From an uncultured Alphaproteobacteria bacterium (GTDB lineage Bacteria > Pseudomonadota > Alphaproteobacteria > Rhizobiales > Xanthobacteraceae), in the NCBI GenBank assembly GCA_963739385.1, contig CAVUAI010000013.1:30512-94511 (forward strand): 64,000 nt of DNA, given 5' to 3'. Each line of letters opens with the position of its first letter. Within the stretch, counting starts at the first letter, position 1. The notes under the pieces were generated by a model. That model was not told where the DNA came from and ran no database searches. It worked only from the letters and a program-made list of their open reading frames with translations. Positions 53,612 through 63,705 of this stretch are shown piece by piece. The position numbers were made by a program, and so were the translations under genes.

Positions 53612-53746
53612 TCCGCCGAACGGGCGCAGCGCTGAACTGCGCCCGCTGCCCTTGAATCGGCGTTGTCAGCGGCCAGGTTCTCGCCTAGAAGCGCCCTGCG
53701 CCAGCGCGCGCAGACCGCGCCGCAGGGAACTTTCGGAGAGTCGACA

Positions 53747-54781
53747 ATGGGTTACCGGGTCGCGGTGGTCGGGGCCACCGGCAATGTGGGCCGCGAAATG
53801 CTCGGCATCCTGGCCGAGCGGTCGTTCCCCGCCGACGAAGTGGTCGCGCTCGCCTCGCGGCGCAGTCAGGGCAGCGAGGTCAGCTTCGGAGACGATACCC
53901 TCAAGGTCAAAGCGCTCGAGCATTACGATTTCTCCGACATCGACATCTGCCTGATGTCGGCGGGCTCCGCCGTGTCGAAGGAATGGTCGCCGAAGATCGC
54001 GGCCGCCGGCGCCGTCGTGATCGACAATTCCTCCTGCTGGCGCTACGACGCCGACGTTCCCCTGGTGGTACCGGAGGTCAATGCCGACGCGGTGGCGGGC
54101 TTCCGCAAGAAGGGCATCATCGCCAATCCGAACTGCTCGACCGCCCAGCTTGTGGTCGCGCTCAAGCCGCTGCACGACAAGGCCAAGATCACGCGCGTCG
54201 TGGTCGCCACCTATCAATCGGTGTCGGGCGCCGGCAAGGACGCGATGGACGAGCTGTTCTCCCAGACCAAGTCGATCTACGTGCTCGACGAGATCACGCC
54301 GAAACAGTTTCCCAAGCGCATCGCCTTCAACGTCATCCCGCACATCGACGTCTTTCAGGACGACGGCTTCACCCGGGAAGAATGGAAGATGGTGGTCGAG
54401 ACCAAGAAAATCCTCGACCCCAAGATCAAGGTCGTCGCCACCTGCGTGCGCGTGCCGGTGTTCGTCGGCCATTCCGAGGCGGTCAACATCGAGTTCGCCA
54501 ACCCGATCACGGCGGACGAGGCGCGCGAGGTGCTGCGCGATGCGCCCGGCGTCATCGTCATCGACAAGCGCGAGGCCGGCGGCTACGTCACGCCCCACGA
54601 GGCGGCGGGCGAGGACGCCACCTATGTCAGCCGCATCCGCGAGGATCCGACCGTGGAGAACGGCCTCGTGCTGTGGTGCGTGTCGGACAATCTGCGCAAG
54701 GGCGCGGCGCTCAACGCCATCCAGATCGCCGAGTGCCTGATCAACCGCAAGCTGATCGAGGCCAAGCGCAAGGCGGCGTGA
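53747..54781 (+). CDS. asd: Aspartate-semialdehyde dehydrogenase
   Basis: MGYRVAVVGATGNVGREML (ATG 53747), IIANPNCSTAQL (active-site Cys) and SDNLRKGAALNAIQIAE. 344 aa. Confidence 0.95.
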   Translation: MGYRVAVVGATGNVGREMLGILAERSFPADEVVALASRRSQGSEVSFGDDTLKVKALEHYDFSDIDICLMSAGSAVSKEWSPKIAAAGAVVIDNSSCWRYDADVPLVVPEVNADAVAGFRKKGIIANPNCSTAQLVVALKPLHDKAKITRVVVATYQSVSGAGKDAMDELFSQTKSIYVLDEITPKQFPKRIAFNVIPHIDVFQDDGFTREEWKMVVETKKILDPKIKVVATCVRVPVFVGHSEAVNIEFANPITADEAREVLRDAPGVIVIDKREAGGYVTPHEAAGEDATYVSRIREDPTVENGLVLWCVSDNLRKGAALNAIQIAECLINRKLIEAKRKAA

Positions 54782-54789
54782 CGCGGTGG

Positions 54790-54958
54790 CCTGTCCCGTG
54801 AGCGCAGCGAGGGCTTCTTCAGCCCGAGTGGAGCGAGACCCGGGACCTAGCGCGAGACTCGCCAAGCGCAGTATTCACTACGGTCAAGGGTTGTGCTTGT
54901 TGCCCTGGGTCCCGGATCTTCGCGCACTGACGCGCGCTCGTCCGGGAAACGGGAGCAT
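54790..54958. repeat. REP-like elements (cccggac / gcagcgcag family)
   Basis: gtcccgtgagcgcagcgagggc, gagacccgggacc and gggtcccggatcttcgcgcactgacgcgcgctcgtccggg. They are related to 17605..17662 and 63706..63874. Confidence 0.55.
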
Positions 54959-55724
54959 TCACGCCCAGATCGCCATCGGTAGGCCGAACGCGTCGCGCGC
55001 ATAAGGACTCGGGAAACGGCCGTGCGAGTCCCGCGTGCAGCCGCCGCGCGATCGCGGCGCAGGCGAGCGCGTCGAGAAGGTCGTCCGCACCGGCTCCTTT
55101 CGGAGGGTTGGCGTTGACGACCGCGGCGGGACAGCCCGCATCGATCAGCAGCCGCCGCCGCAAGGCGAGCCCCGGCTCGTAACAGCGCCCCTTCACTTTC
55201 TTCGGCTCGTCGAGCGCGCGATCGCCGTTGAGCCGCCAGAACGCAAGCTCGGGATGGACCTCGAACACGCGTGCGGCGAGCGACGGGTCCGCGCGCAGGC
55301 AGGCATCCACTTCGCGGATTCTGGGCGCGAGCATGAAGAGCTGCTTCGAGACCTTGCGCGGCGGCTGCGACGTCGCGAGCGCGATCCGGCAGGCCTCGCG
55401 ATACTCCTCCGCCGCCAGCGCCGCGCGCGACGGCACCGAGAACACCGAGGATTGCCGCGCCCCGAGGAGCGGCCGCACGGCATTTTCGGCTGCCCGCCCG
55501 CCGTAGCCGGCGCGATCCGGCAGCCCGATCGGAATGTCGACGGCGAGAACGGCGGGCGCCTGCGGCGCCGCCAGCAGATCGGCAAAGCGCGGCACGACGC
55601 GCACCGCGACCTCGCCGTCGCCCGAATGCGCGAAGACGGCGATCCAGCCCGCGCGACAACCGTCGACGCCGGCGAGCCAGGCGTTATCCAACCCTCGCAT
55701 CATGCTGCGGGAGAGTGGCATCAC
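54819..55724 (-). CDS. DUF429-family protein; the 3-prime end is probably corrupted by a +1 frameshift near 55000-55020 (likely authentic stop at 54959)
   Basis: WLAGVDGCRAGWIAV...AVDIPIGLP...VFEVHPELAFW...DDLLDALACAAIARR is the DUF429 pattern. The expected C-terminus (PYARDAFGLPMAIWA*) lies in another frame (ORF 54959..55141). The in-frame tail instead translates REP DNA. Confidence 0.7.
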   Translation of the reverse strand: MMPLSRSMMRGLDNAWLAGVDGCRAGWIAVFAHSGDGEVAVRVVPRFADLLAAPQAPAVLAVDIPIGLPDRAGYGGRAAENAVRPLLGARQSSVFSVPSRAALAAEEYREACRIALATSQPPRKVSKQLFMLAPRIREVDACLRADPSLAARVFEVHPELAFWRLNGDRALDEPKKVKGRCYEPGLALRRRLLIDAGCPAAVVNANPPKGAGADDLLDALACAAIARRLHAGLARPFPESLCARRVRPTDGDLGVNAPVSRTSARQCAKIRDPGQQAQPLTVVNTALGESRARSRVSLHSG

Positions 55725-55774
55725 CCCCAGTCGAGCGATAGGCTGGGGGCCAGGTCAAAACGGGGGCCGATGCC

Positions 55775-56672
55775 ATGACCAGCCGTCCGCGCCGGAGCGT
55801 GCTCTACATGCCGGGGTCGAACGCCCGCGCGCTCGAGAAGGCGCGCACCCTGCCGGCCGATGCCGTGATCCTCGACCTCGAAGATTCGGTTGCGCCGGAC
55901 GCCAAGGCGACGGCGCGCAAGCAGGTCGTCGAGGCGGTGACCGCCGGCGGATTCGGCGCGCGCGAGGTCATCGTGCGGGTCAACGGCCTCGACAGCCCGT
56001 GGCATGTCGACGACATCACCGCGGCCGCGCGCGCCGCGCCCGATGCGATTCTGGTCCCGAAGATGTCGACGCCCCAGCAGATTGAATCGATCGGCCAGCG
56101 GCTGTTCGATCTGCAGACCAACCACCGCACGCGGGTATGGGCGATGATCGAGACGCCGCTCGCCATTTTCAACATTCTCGCGCTCGCGGCAGAGGCGGAC
56201 GATTCCGAATCGCGGCTCGCCGCCTTCGTGATGGGCACCAACGATCTCGCCAAGGACACGCGCGCCCGCATCGTGCCCGGGCGCGCGCCAATGGTGCCCT
56301 GGCTCATGACCTGCGTGGCCGCCGCCCGCGTATACGGGATCGACATTCTCGACGGCGTCTACAACGATCTGGGCAATGCCGAAGGCTTTCGCGCGCGAAT
56401 GCGGCGAGGCACGCGACATGGGCTTCGACGGCAAGACGCTGATCCATCCGAACCAGATCGAACCCTGCAACGCCGCCTTCTCGCCCAGCGCCGACGAGGT
56501 CGCGCAGGCGAGGAAGATCATCGCGGCCTTCGATCTGCCGGAGAACAAGGACAAGGGCGTCGTCCAGCTCGACGGCCGCATGGTCGAGCGGCTGCATGCG
56601 GACATGGCGCGCCGCACGGTCGCGATCGCGCAGGCGATCGAGTCGCGCAGCCTCGAGGCGCAGCAAGCGTAA
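55775..56672 (+). pseudogene. HpcH/HpaI-CitE family (citrate-lyase beta / malyl-CoA lyase-like) gene with a +1 frameshift in the T-run 56387-56389
   Basis: The N-part is MTSRPRRSVLYMPGSNARALEKARTLPADAVILDLEDSV...MIETP...DGVYNDLGNAEGF. The C-part, ARECGEARDMGFDGKTLIHPNQIEPCN...LEAQQA*, continues in the ORF at 56376..56672. Length is 898 nt = 3n+1. The 763-aa track ORF is a read-through artefact. Confidence 0.8.
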
Positions 56673-56717
56673 CAAGGGACATTGCCAACACGTCGGTGGT
56701 CGTGGAGAGGATGCAAC

Positions 56718-57515
56718 ATGCGCCTGCTGTCCCCTGCTGTTTTGCTCTGCGCGCTGGCGTGGTGGTCGCCGGCCTCTGCCGACGACATCGCGCCCGGCGG
56801 CACGCTGCGCGCCGTCTATCTCGGCAGCAATCCGGCGCAGGCCGTGCAGGACCGCGCCACCGGCCAAATTCGCGGTGCGTCGGCCGACCTTGCGCGCGAG
56901 CTCGCCAAGCGCATCGCGCTGCCGCTCGACCTCAAGCCGGCCGCCAATCCGCAGGCAGTGATCGACGCGATCAGCAGCGGTGCGGCCGATATCGGCTTCG
57001 TCGCCTACGAGCCGTCGCGCGCCGGCACGGTGGAGTTCTCGCAGACCTACATGCTCGTGCGCCAAAGCTTTCTCGTGCTCGAAGCCTCGCCGATCCGCGT
57101 CGTCGCCGACATCGACCGCGCCGGGCAGAAGATCGCCGGCACCAGGAACAATTCCATCACGCTCTACATGAAGCGCAAACTGAAGCAGGCGACGCTGGTG
57201 GAGATCGAGAACAACCCGGCCGAGATCAAGCGCATGCTGACTGCGAAGGATATCGACGCCTTCGGCGCCAACCGCCAGCGCCTGACGACGCTGATGGCCG
57301 AGCTGCCGGGCTCGCGGCTGCTGCCCGACAGCCTGTTCGGCGTGCCGCAGACCATCATCGTCCCCAAGGGCAAGCCGGAGGTTCTGGCCGCCGTCAACCG
57401 CTTCATCGACGACGTCCGCGCCTCAGGCTTGCTGCAAGCAGCAATCGCCAGCAGCGGCGTGGTCGGCCTCGAGCCGGCGCCGGCGGGCTCCTGGCAGCCG
57501 TCGGTTCCCGATTGA
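56718..57515 (+). CDS. Family-3 (polar amino acid type) ABC-transporter substrate-binding protein, orphan
   Basis: ATG 56718 follows GGAGAGG. The leader is MRLLSPAVLLCALAWWSPASA. The mature protein has a SBP_bac_3-like pattern (IGFVAYEPSR...GTRNNS). No permease or ATPase gene is adjacent. Confidence 0.65.
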   Translation: MRLLSPAVLLCALAWWSPASADDIAPGGTLRAVYLGSNPAQAVQDRATGQIRGASADLARELAKRIALPLDLKPAANPQAVIDAISSGAADIGFVAYEPSRAGTVEFSQTYMLVRQSFLVLEASPIRVVADIDRAGQKIAGTRNNSITLYMKRKLKQATLVEIENNPAEIKRMLTAKDIDAFGANRQRLTTLMAELPGSRLLPDSLFGVPQTIIVPKGKPEVLAAVNRFIDDVRASGLLQAAIASSGVVGLEPAPAGSWQPSVPD

Positions 57516-57587
57516 CATTCGGGCGTTGCGCGCGCCGAACCTGCTCCCCGGCCTGTGCGTTGTCTTTCCGGACAACAGGAGGAGCAC

Positions 57588-57908
57588 ATGCCGGAAATCC
57601 GCGAAAACAACGACATCGTGACCCAGATCACGACCATCAAGGTGCCGCCGGACAACCAGGCCGAAGTGCTGAAGCTGATGACCGAGCGCGCCCGCTTCAT
57701 GGCAACCCAGCCCGGCTTCGTTTCGGTGAGCCTGCACCGCAGCGAGGACGGCGGCCACGTTGTCAATTACGTGCAGTGGACCAATCGCGACGAGCTCGCG
57801 GCGGCTCACAACTCGCCGGAATTTCGCAAGAAGTGGCCGCGCTTCGGCGAGCTCATCAAGGAAGCCGAGCCGTGCCTCTATCACGTGGCCCACGTGGAAG
57901 CGGCGTAA
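57588..57908 (+). CDS. Antibiotic-biosynthesis-monooxygenase (ABM, ferredoxin-like) domain protein
   Basis: ATG 57588 follows AGGAGG. ITTIKV.PDNQAEVLKLM......QPGFVSVSLHRS.DG..VVNYVQW. 106 aa. Confidence 0.7.
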   Translation: MPEIRENNDIVTQITTIKVPPDNQAEVLKLMTERARFMATQPGFVSVSLHRSEDGGHVVNYVQWTNRDELAAAHNSPEFRKKWPRFGELIKEAEPCLYHVAHVEAA

Positions 57909-58004
57909 GCAATATGACGTGTTGCGGAGGCAGGAGCCAGGATCGCGTATCAAGCAATTGGGCACGCGGCCCGGGTCTCGTTGCGGTCGCCCGGGCGGGC
58001 GGGC

Positions 58005-58610
58005 TTACGCCCAGGCGCGCGCGGCCTTCGATTTTTCCTCGAAGCGCTCGATCTTGTCCTTCTTGACCATGGTGAGCCCGATGTCGTCGAGCCCGTTGAG
58101 CAGGCAGTGCTTGCGATGGGGATCGATGTCGAACTTCACCATGCCGCCGTCAGGACCGCGGATCTCCTGCTTCTCCAGGTCGATCGAAAGCGTGGCATTG
58201 GCGCCGCGCTCGGCGTCGTCGAACAGCTTCTCGAGGTCTTCCGGCGAGACCTTGATGGGCAGCACGCCGTTCTTGAAGCAGTTGTTGTAGAAGATGTCGC
58301 CGAACGAGGTCGAGATCACGCAGCGAATTCCGAAGTCCATCAACGCCCATGGCGCGTGCTCGCGCGAGGAGCCGCAGCCGAAATTGTCGCCGGCGACCAG
58401 AATCCTGGCCTTGCGATAGGCCGGCTTGTTCAGCACGAAATCCGGATTCTCGCTGCCGTCATCGCGATAGCGCTTCTCCGAGAACAGGCCGCCGCCCAGC
58501 CCGGTGCGCTTGATGGTCTTGAGATACTGCTTCGGAATGATCATGTCGGTGTCGACGTTGATCATCTGAAGCGGCGCTGCGACGCCTTCGAGCGTGGTGA
58601 ACTTGTCCAT
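58005..58610 (-). CDS. leuD: 3-isopropylmalate dehydratase small subunit
   Basis: [31 protein letters not shown] and [17 protein letters not shown]. About 201 aa. An alternative start is 58619. Confidence 0.95.
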   Translation of the reverse strand: MDKFTTLEGVAAPLQMINVDTDMIIPKQYLKTIKRTGLGGGLFSEKRYRDDGSENPDFVLNKPAYRKARILVAGDNFGCGSSREHAPWALMDFGIRCVISTSFGDIFYNNCFKNGVLPIKVSPEDLEKLFDDAERGANATLSIDLEKQEIRGPDGGMVKFDIDPHRKHCLLNGLDDIGLTMVKKDKIERFEEKSKAARAWA

Positions 58611-58706
58611 CGGCTTCACCCGTCAGATTGGAATAGTTCTGTCTTGTGACGGCGTCGGTGTTTTGTCAGGAGCAGGGCGTGTAGACAAGGGCCAGGACGG
58701 AAGAAG

Positions 58707-58976
58707 ATGCGCATATCGCTCAAAGCAGGCATGTTTGCCATTCTCGCCTTGGTGTGGGCACAGCCGGCATGGGCCGAAACCTGGTGCATCCGCGACGCCG
58801 GCAGCCCGCCGCCGGGCGCGTGCGTCTTCCCGTCCGCCCAGGACTGCTCCAGGGCCGCAATACTCAACCCTTTCGGCGGCATCTGCGAGCGCCAGCCCCT
58901 GGGTTTCAACGACCGGGCCGAGGACAGAAAGAGCTCTGGACGGCGCTCGACCCGGCGCAAACCCTCGCGCCAGTGA
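58707..58976 (+). CDS. Small Cys-containing exported protein (DUF3551-like)
   Basis: MRISLKAGMFAILALVWAQPAWA|ETWCIRDAGSPPPGACVFPSAQDCSRAAILNPFGGICERQP. The pattern of four Cys resembles the DUF3551 proteins common in Bradyrhizobiaceae, from memory. Confidence 0.55.
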   Translation: MRISLKAGMFAILALVWAQPAWAETWCIRDAGSPPPGACVFPSAQDCSRAAILNPFGGICERQPLGFNDRAEDRKSSGRRSTRRKPSRQ

Positions 58977-59024
58977 CGAACTGCGCGGCGCGCCGACCGC
59001 GGGTCGCGCGACAGCTTCGTGGTG

Positions 59025-59453
59025 TTAGCCCGCCTTCGCCTCGATCGAAGCCATGTCGTCGTCGGAGAGGCCGAAATGGTGGCCGATCTCGTGCACCAGC
59101 ACGTGGGTGATGATGGTGCCGAGCGCCTCGTCGTGCTCGGCCCAGTAGTCCAGGATCGGCCGTCGGTAGAGCCACACCATGTTGGGCATCTGTCCGGATA
59201 CGCCCTCGGACCGAAACGGCAGGCCGACGCCCTGAAACAGGCCGAGCAGGTCGAACTCGGTCTGCGCTCCCAGTTCGTCCAGCACCTCTTCGGTCGGAAA
59301 GTCCTCGACCCGGATGACGAGGCCTTCGCACAGCGCGCGGAACTTCTGCGGCAGCCGCTCAAACGCGCGCGCGGCGAGCACTTCGAGCTCCTCGAGCGAA
59401 GGCGCCTTGATCGTGCGCCACGCGAGCGGATCGGCAAATGCGGGATCGGCCAT
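59025..59453 (-). CDS. Zinicin-like metallopeptidase family protein (DUF1025)
   Basis: 142 aa with the HExxH motif in THVLVHEIGHHFGLSDDDM. Confidence 0.75.
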   Translation of the reverse strand: MADPAFADPLAWRTIKAPSLEELEVLAARAFERLPQKFRALCEGLVIRVEDFPTEEVLDELGAQTEFDLLGLFQGVGLPFRSEGVSGQMPNMVWLYRRPILDYWAEHDEALGTIITHVLVHEIGHHFGLSDDDMASIEAKAG

Positions 59454-59610
59454 GGCCCCAGTTCTAGGGCGAAATCACGGCCGATAGAATTGCGAATTCG
59501 CCCCGGACTGTCGTCCATCGGATGGATGTCGGGGGCGGCCGCACCGCCGCCGTTGACGACCGCGTCGTGATGGGCGAGCGTAGGGCCGGTTCGACAGCGC
59601 GAAAGCGGCG

Positions 59611-59943
59611 ATGACACGGAGCACGGCAATCCTCTTCGCGGCGATCGGCGCAGCGCTGCTCGGTGCGGCGCCCCCAACGGCTTCGGCACAGACTTCGCCC
59701 GCCGCGGCGGCCGGAAACCGCGACACCGAGTTTTCCTCGCAGGCGCGCGCCCGCACGCGCATCCGGGTGTCGCCCCAATATCCCTACCGGACCTATTCCA
59801 CGGACTATCCGGTTCAGAACAAGTACGACTATCCGGGTCCCGGCTACGTGCGCGAATGCTCGTCCTGGCTGGCGCCGGAGAACCGCCCGAGCGGCCCGGT
59901 CATTGTGCCGAAGATGCGCTGCTGGTGGCAGCCGGGGACCTGA
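59611..59943 (+). CDS. Small exported Pro/Tyr-rich protein of unknown function
   Basis: The signal peptide is MTRSTAILFAAIGAALLGAAPPTASA|QT. The mature part reads RIRVSPQYPYRTYSTDYPVQNKYDYPGPGYVRECSSW...MRCWW. Confidence 0.5.
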   Translation: MTRSTAILFAAIGAALLGAAPPTASAQTSPAAAAGNRDTEFSSQARARTRIRVSPQYPYRTYSTDYPVQNKYDYPGPGYVRECSSWLAPENRPSGPVIVPKMRCWWQPGT

Positions 59944-59946
59944 TTC

Positions 59947-61353
59947 TCAGTTCCACTCCCGCACATCGACGAAGTGCCCGGCGATCGCGGCCGCCGCGGC
60001 CATTGCCGGCGACACCAGGTGGGTACGTCCCTTGTAGCCCTGCCGGCCTTCGAAGTTGCGGTTCGAGGTGGACGCACATCGCTCGCCCGGAGCGAGCTTG
60101 TCGGGATTCATGGCAAGGCACATGGAGCAGCCCGGCTCGCGCCACTCGAAGCCGGCCTTGACGAAAATCCGGTCCAGCCCTTCCGCCTCGGCCTGCTCCT
60201 TCACCAGTCCGGAGCCCGGCACGATCATGGCCTTGACGCTGTCCTTGACGGTCTTGCCGTCGACCACTCGCGCCACCGCCCGCAGGTCTTCGATGCGGCC
60301 ATTGGTGCAGGAGCCGATGAAGACGCGGTCGAGCGCGATGTCGGTGACCTTCTCGCCGCCCTTGAGGCCCATATAGCCGAGCGAGGTCACCGCCGCGCGG
60401 CGCTTGTTCTCGTCGGCGATGTCCTGCGGCCTCGGCACGTGCCCGGTCACGGACACGACCTGTTCGGGACTGGTGCCCCAGGTGACAAGCGGCGGAAGTT
60501 TTGCGGCGTCGAGCCTGATCTCGCGGTCGAAATGCGCGCCGTCATCGGAGCGCAGCGTCTCCCAATAGCGCATGGCCTCGTCCCAGAGCCTGCCCTTCGG
60601 CGACTTGGGCCGGTCCTTGAGATAGGCGTAGGCCTTTTCGTCCGGCGCGATGAAGCCCGCCTTGGCGCCGCCCTCGACCGACATGTTGCAGATCGTCATG
60701 CGGCCTTCCATCGACAGCGCGCGGATGGCGTCGCCGGCATATTCCAGCGCGTAGCCGGTACCGCCGGCGGTGCCGATCTCGCCGATGATGGCGAGGATGA
60801 TGTCCTTGGCGGTGACGCCTGCCGGCAGCTTGCCGTCCACCACCGCGCGCATGTTTTTCGACTTGGTCTGGATCAGCGTCTGCGTCGCCAGCACGTGCTC
60901 GACCTCGGAGGTGCCGATGCCGTAGGCGAGCGCACCGAAGGCGCCATGGGTCGCGGTATGGCTGTCGCCGCAGACCAGCGTCGTGCCCGGCAGCGTGAAG
61001 CCCTGCTCGGGCCCGATGATGTGGACGATGCCCTGGCGCTTGTCGAACTCGTCGAAATATTCCAGCCCGAACAGCTTGGCGTTCTCGGCCAGATAGGCGA
61101 TCTGGGCCGCGCTTTCGGGATCGGGATTGGGCAGATTGCGGTCGGTGGTCGGCACGTTGTGATCGACGACGCACAGCGTCTTGTCCGGTGCGCGCACCTT
61201 GCGGCCGGACAGGCGCAGGCCCTCGAAGGCCTGCGGACTCGTGACCTCGTGCACGAGGTGGCGGTCGATGTAGATGAGGCAGGTGCCGTCCGGCTGCTCA
61301 TCCACCACGTGGTCGTCCCAGATCTTGTCGTAGAGGGTACGCGGCTTGGCCAT
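59947..61353 (-). CDS. leuC: 3-isopropylmalate dehydratase large subunit
   Basis: [36 protein letters not shown], and [12 protein letters not shown] plus GCSMCL (Fe-S ligands). 468 aa. Confidence 0.95.
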   Translation of the reverse strand: MAKPRTLYDKIWDDHVVDEQPDGTCLIYIDRHLVHEVTSPQAFEGLRLSGRKVRAPDKTLCVVDHNVPTTDRNLPNPDPESAAQIAYLAENAKLFGLEYFDEFDKRQGIVHIIGPEQGFTLPGTTLVCGDSHTATHGAFGALAYGIGTSEVEHVLATQTLIQTKSKNMRAVVDGKLPAGVTAKDIILAIIGEIGTAGGTGYALEYAGDAIRALSMEGRMTICNMSVEGGAKAGFIAPDEKAYAYLKDRPKSPKGRLWDEAMRYWETLRSDDGAHFDREIRLDAAKLPPLVTWGTSPEQVVSVTGHVPRPQDIADENKRRAAVTSLGYMGLKGGEKVTDIALDRVFIGSCTNGRIEDLRAVARVVDGKTVKDSVKAMIVPGSGLVKEQAEAEGLDRIFVKAGFEWREPGCSMCLAMNPDKLAPGERCASTSNRNFEGRQGYKGRTHLVSPAMAAAAAIAGHFVDVREWN

Positions 61354-61474
61354 ACCTCGATGCTCCGGAAATCGCCGTTCCTGGTCAGCGATATATAAGG
61401 TGTCGCCGTCTTTTAGACGGGTCGCCGGCGCGGGGCGGTGTCGCTCTCAGCCCGCAGTCAGCGGCGGCCCGCCG

Positions 61475-61873
61475 TCATTCGGCGGCTTTGTCGACCGCCG
61501 CATCCGCGGAGCGGTGATCCTGCTTCTCCGAGATGCGCGCCGCCTTGCCGCGGCGGCCGCGCAGGTAATAGAGCTTCGCGCGGCGGACCTTGCCGCGGCG
61601 CACGACCTTGATCGAATCGATCATGGGCGAATAGAGCGGGAAAACGCGCTCGACGCCCTCGCCATACGAAATCTTGCGCACGGTGAAATTCTCGTTGAGG
61701 CCGGCGCCCGCGCGACCGATGCACACGCCCTCATAAGCCTGGATGCGGGTGCGGTCGCCCTCCACAACCTTGACGTTGACCAGCACCGTGTCGCCCGGTC
61801 CGAAGTCCGGAATTTCCTTGCCGGCGGAAAGCTTGGCGATCTGCTCTTTTTCGAGCTCTTGAATTAAATTCAT
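61475..61873 (-). CDS. rplS: 50S ribosomal protein L19
   Basis: [11 protein letters not shown]...[31 protein letters not shown]...[21 protein letters not shown]. Confidence 0.95.
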   Translation of the reverse strand: MNLIQELEKEQIAKLSAGKEIPDFGPGDTVLVNVKVVEGDRTRIQAYEGVCIGRAGAGLNENFTVRKISYGEGVERVFPLYSPMIDSIKVVRRGKVRRAKLYYLRGRRGKAARISEKQDHRSADAAVDKAAE

Positions 61874-61966
61874 GGGAATTCTCCATCGGCAGCGCCAATA
61901 TCGAAAGAGCGCGCTCTTTTTGGTTGTTCGGGTCGGGCGAGCTTCTACGACACCGGGCGGCGTTTG

Positions 61967-62716
61967 TCACCCATCCGGGTCCGACTTCTTGCGGGGCGGC
62001 TGGGCAGGCCCCTTGGGCCTCCCGGAGCGCGCCAGATGGGCCGCGTAGAGGTCGGGCCGGCGCGCCCGCGTGAGCCGTTCGGCTTCGGCGCGGCGCCAGG
62101 CCGAGATCCGGGCATGGTCGCCGGAGGTGAGCACCTCCGGGATGGCACGGCCCTCCCAGAGTTGCGGCCGGGTGTATTGCGGATATTCGAGCAGGCCCTG
62201 CGTGAAGCTCTCCTCCGCGCCCGAGGCCTCCTTGCCCATGACCCCCGGCAACAGCCGGACGCAGGCGTCGAGCAGGGCGAAGGCCGCGATCTCGCCGCCC
62301 GAGAGCACGTAGTCGCCGACCGAGAGCTCCTCGAAGGTGCGGCCTTCGATCAGGCGCTCGTCGATGCCTTCAAAGCGGCCGCACAGGATGACGGCGCCCG
62401 GCCCGCGTGCCAGCGCCTCGACCCGCTCTTGCGTAAGCGGAACGCCGCGCGGGCTCATGGCGAGGCGTGGGCGCGGATCACCCGCGGGCGCGGCTGCATC
62501 GACGGCGCGGGCGAGCACGTCGGCACGCATGACCATGCCGGGCCCGCCGCCCGCCGGCGTGTCGTCGACCGAACGGTGGCGGTCGGTCGCATGGGCGCGA
62601 ATGTCGACGGCGTCGAGGGTCCAGACCCCCGCCGACAAGGCCTTGCCCGCGAGGCTTGCTGCGAGCGGTCCCGGAAACATCTCGGGGAAAATGGTGAGGA
62701 CGGTGGCGCGCCACAT
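61967..62716 (-). CDS. trmD: tRNA (guanine37-N1)-methyltransferase
   Basis: [16 protein letters not shown] (ATG 62714-16), [32 protein letters not shown] and YPQYTRP. 249 aa. Confidence 0.95.
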   Translation of the reverse strand: MWRATVLTIFPEMFPGPLAASLAGKALSAGVWTLDAVDIRAHATDRHRSVDDTPAGGGPGMVMRADVLARAVDAAAPAGDPRPRLAMSPRGVPLTQERVEALARGPGAVILCGRFEGIDERLIEGRTFEELSVGDYVLSGGEIAAFALLDACVRLLPGVMGKEASGAEESFTQGLLEYPQYTRPQLWEGRAIPEVLTSGDHARISAWRRAEAERLTRARRPDLYAAHLARSGRPKGPAQPPRKKSDPDG

Positions 62717-62732
62717 GCCGAGATCACACGAG

Positions 62733-63260
62733 CTATCCGGTCGCGCCTTCGCGCGATCCCGGCATCTGGTCGAGCGGCACGACCACGATCCGCCCGCCGG
62801 CGACGTCGAGGTGGGGCACGAAGGCATCATTGAACGGCAGCATGAAGGTCGTCCCGCCGGCCGGCGGGCGCAATTCGAGAATGTCGCCCGCACCGAAATC
62901 ATGAACAGCCACCACCGTGCCGACCGGAACCCCCTCCGCGGTCACGGCGGCGAGCCCGATGAGGTCAACATGGTAGAACTCGTCGGGTGCCGGCGGCGGC
63001 AAGCATGCCCGGGATACGAACAGCCGCTGATGGGTCAGCCGCTCGGCGGCGTTGCGATCGCCGACGCCGCGAAAGCGCGCGACGAGATGACCCCGGGCCG
63101 GGCGCACGGTCTCGATCTCGTAACTGGCCGTCCCGTCCTCGGTCTCGAGCGGCCCATAGGTCCCCACCGCCATCGGATCAGCGGTGAACGACTTGAGCTT
63201 GACCTCGCCGCGAATGCCGTGCGCTCCGCCGATCTGGGCCACGCAGATGCGCTCGGCCAC
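62733..63260 (-). CDS. rimM: 16S rRNA processing protein RimM
   Basis: [22 protein letters not shown]...[11 protein letters not shown]...[14 protein letters not shown]. The likely start is GTG 63258-63260, 14 nt after the rpsP stop. Position is conserved between rpsP and trmD. Confidence 0.85.
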   Translation of the reverse strand: MAERICVAQIGGAHGIRGEVKLKSFTADPMAVGTYGPLETEDGTASYEIETVRPARGHLVARFRGVGDRNAAERLTHQRLFVSRACLPPPAPDEFYHVDLIGLAAVTAEGVPVGTVVAVHDFGAGDILELRPPAGGTTFMLPFNDAFVPHLDVAGGRIVVVPLDQMPGSREGATG

Positions 63261-63274
63261 GGCACGCGGTCCGA

Positions 63275-63661
63275 TCAGCTCGCCGGCGCGGCGGCCTTGG
63301 CCGCAGCAGCAGCTGCCTTGGCGGCGGCGGCGGCCTTCTCGGCCTCTTCCGCCTGCAGCTTGCGTTCCTTGCGCGGAATCGCGCGGGTGGGATTGTTGCG
63401 CTTCTCGCGCGTCATCACGCCCGCCTGGTCGAGAAACCGCAGCACCCGGTCGGTCGGCAGCGCGCCCTTGGCGAGCCACGCCTTCACCTTTTCCAGATCG
63501 AGCTTCAGGCGCTCGCTCTTGTCCTTCGGCAGCAGCGGATTGAAATAGCCCAGGCGCTCGATGAAGCGGCCATCGCGCGGCGAACGACTGTCCGCAATCA
63601 CGATGTGATAGACCGGCCGTTTCTTGGTGCCGGCGCGCGCGAGACGGATTTTCAGGGACAT
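63275..63661 (-). CDS. rpsP: 30S ribosomal protein S16 (with Ala/Lys-rich C-terminal extension)
   Basis: [43 protein letters not shown] (ATG 63659-61). 128 aa. Confidence 0.95.
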   Translation of the reverse strand: MSLKIRLARAGTKKRPVYHIVIADSRSPRDGRFIERLGYFNPLLPKDKSERLKLDLEKVKAWLAKGALPTDRVLRFLDQAGVMTREKRNNPTRAIPRKERKLQAEEAEKAAAAAKAAAAAAKAAAPAS

Positions 63662-63705
63662 TCTTTCGTTCCTTTCGGTTTGAAATTCAATGCGGTCTGG
63701 AAGCC

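Noticed and set aside
55775-58066. 763-aa ORF that appears to be a large protein starting with a CitE domain
   Set aside because: After residue about 205 the translation becomes Arg-rich nonsense and runs across two well-supported plus-strand genes in other frames. It is explained by the +1 frameshift at 56387-89.
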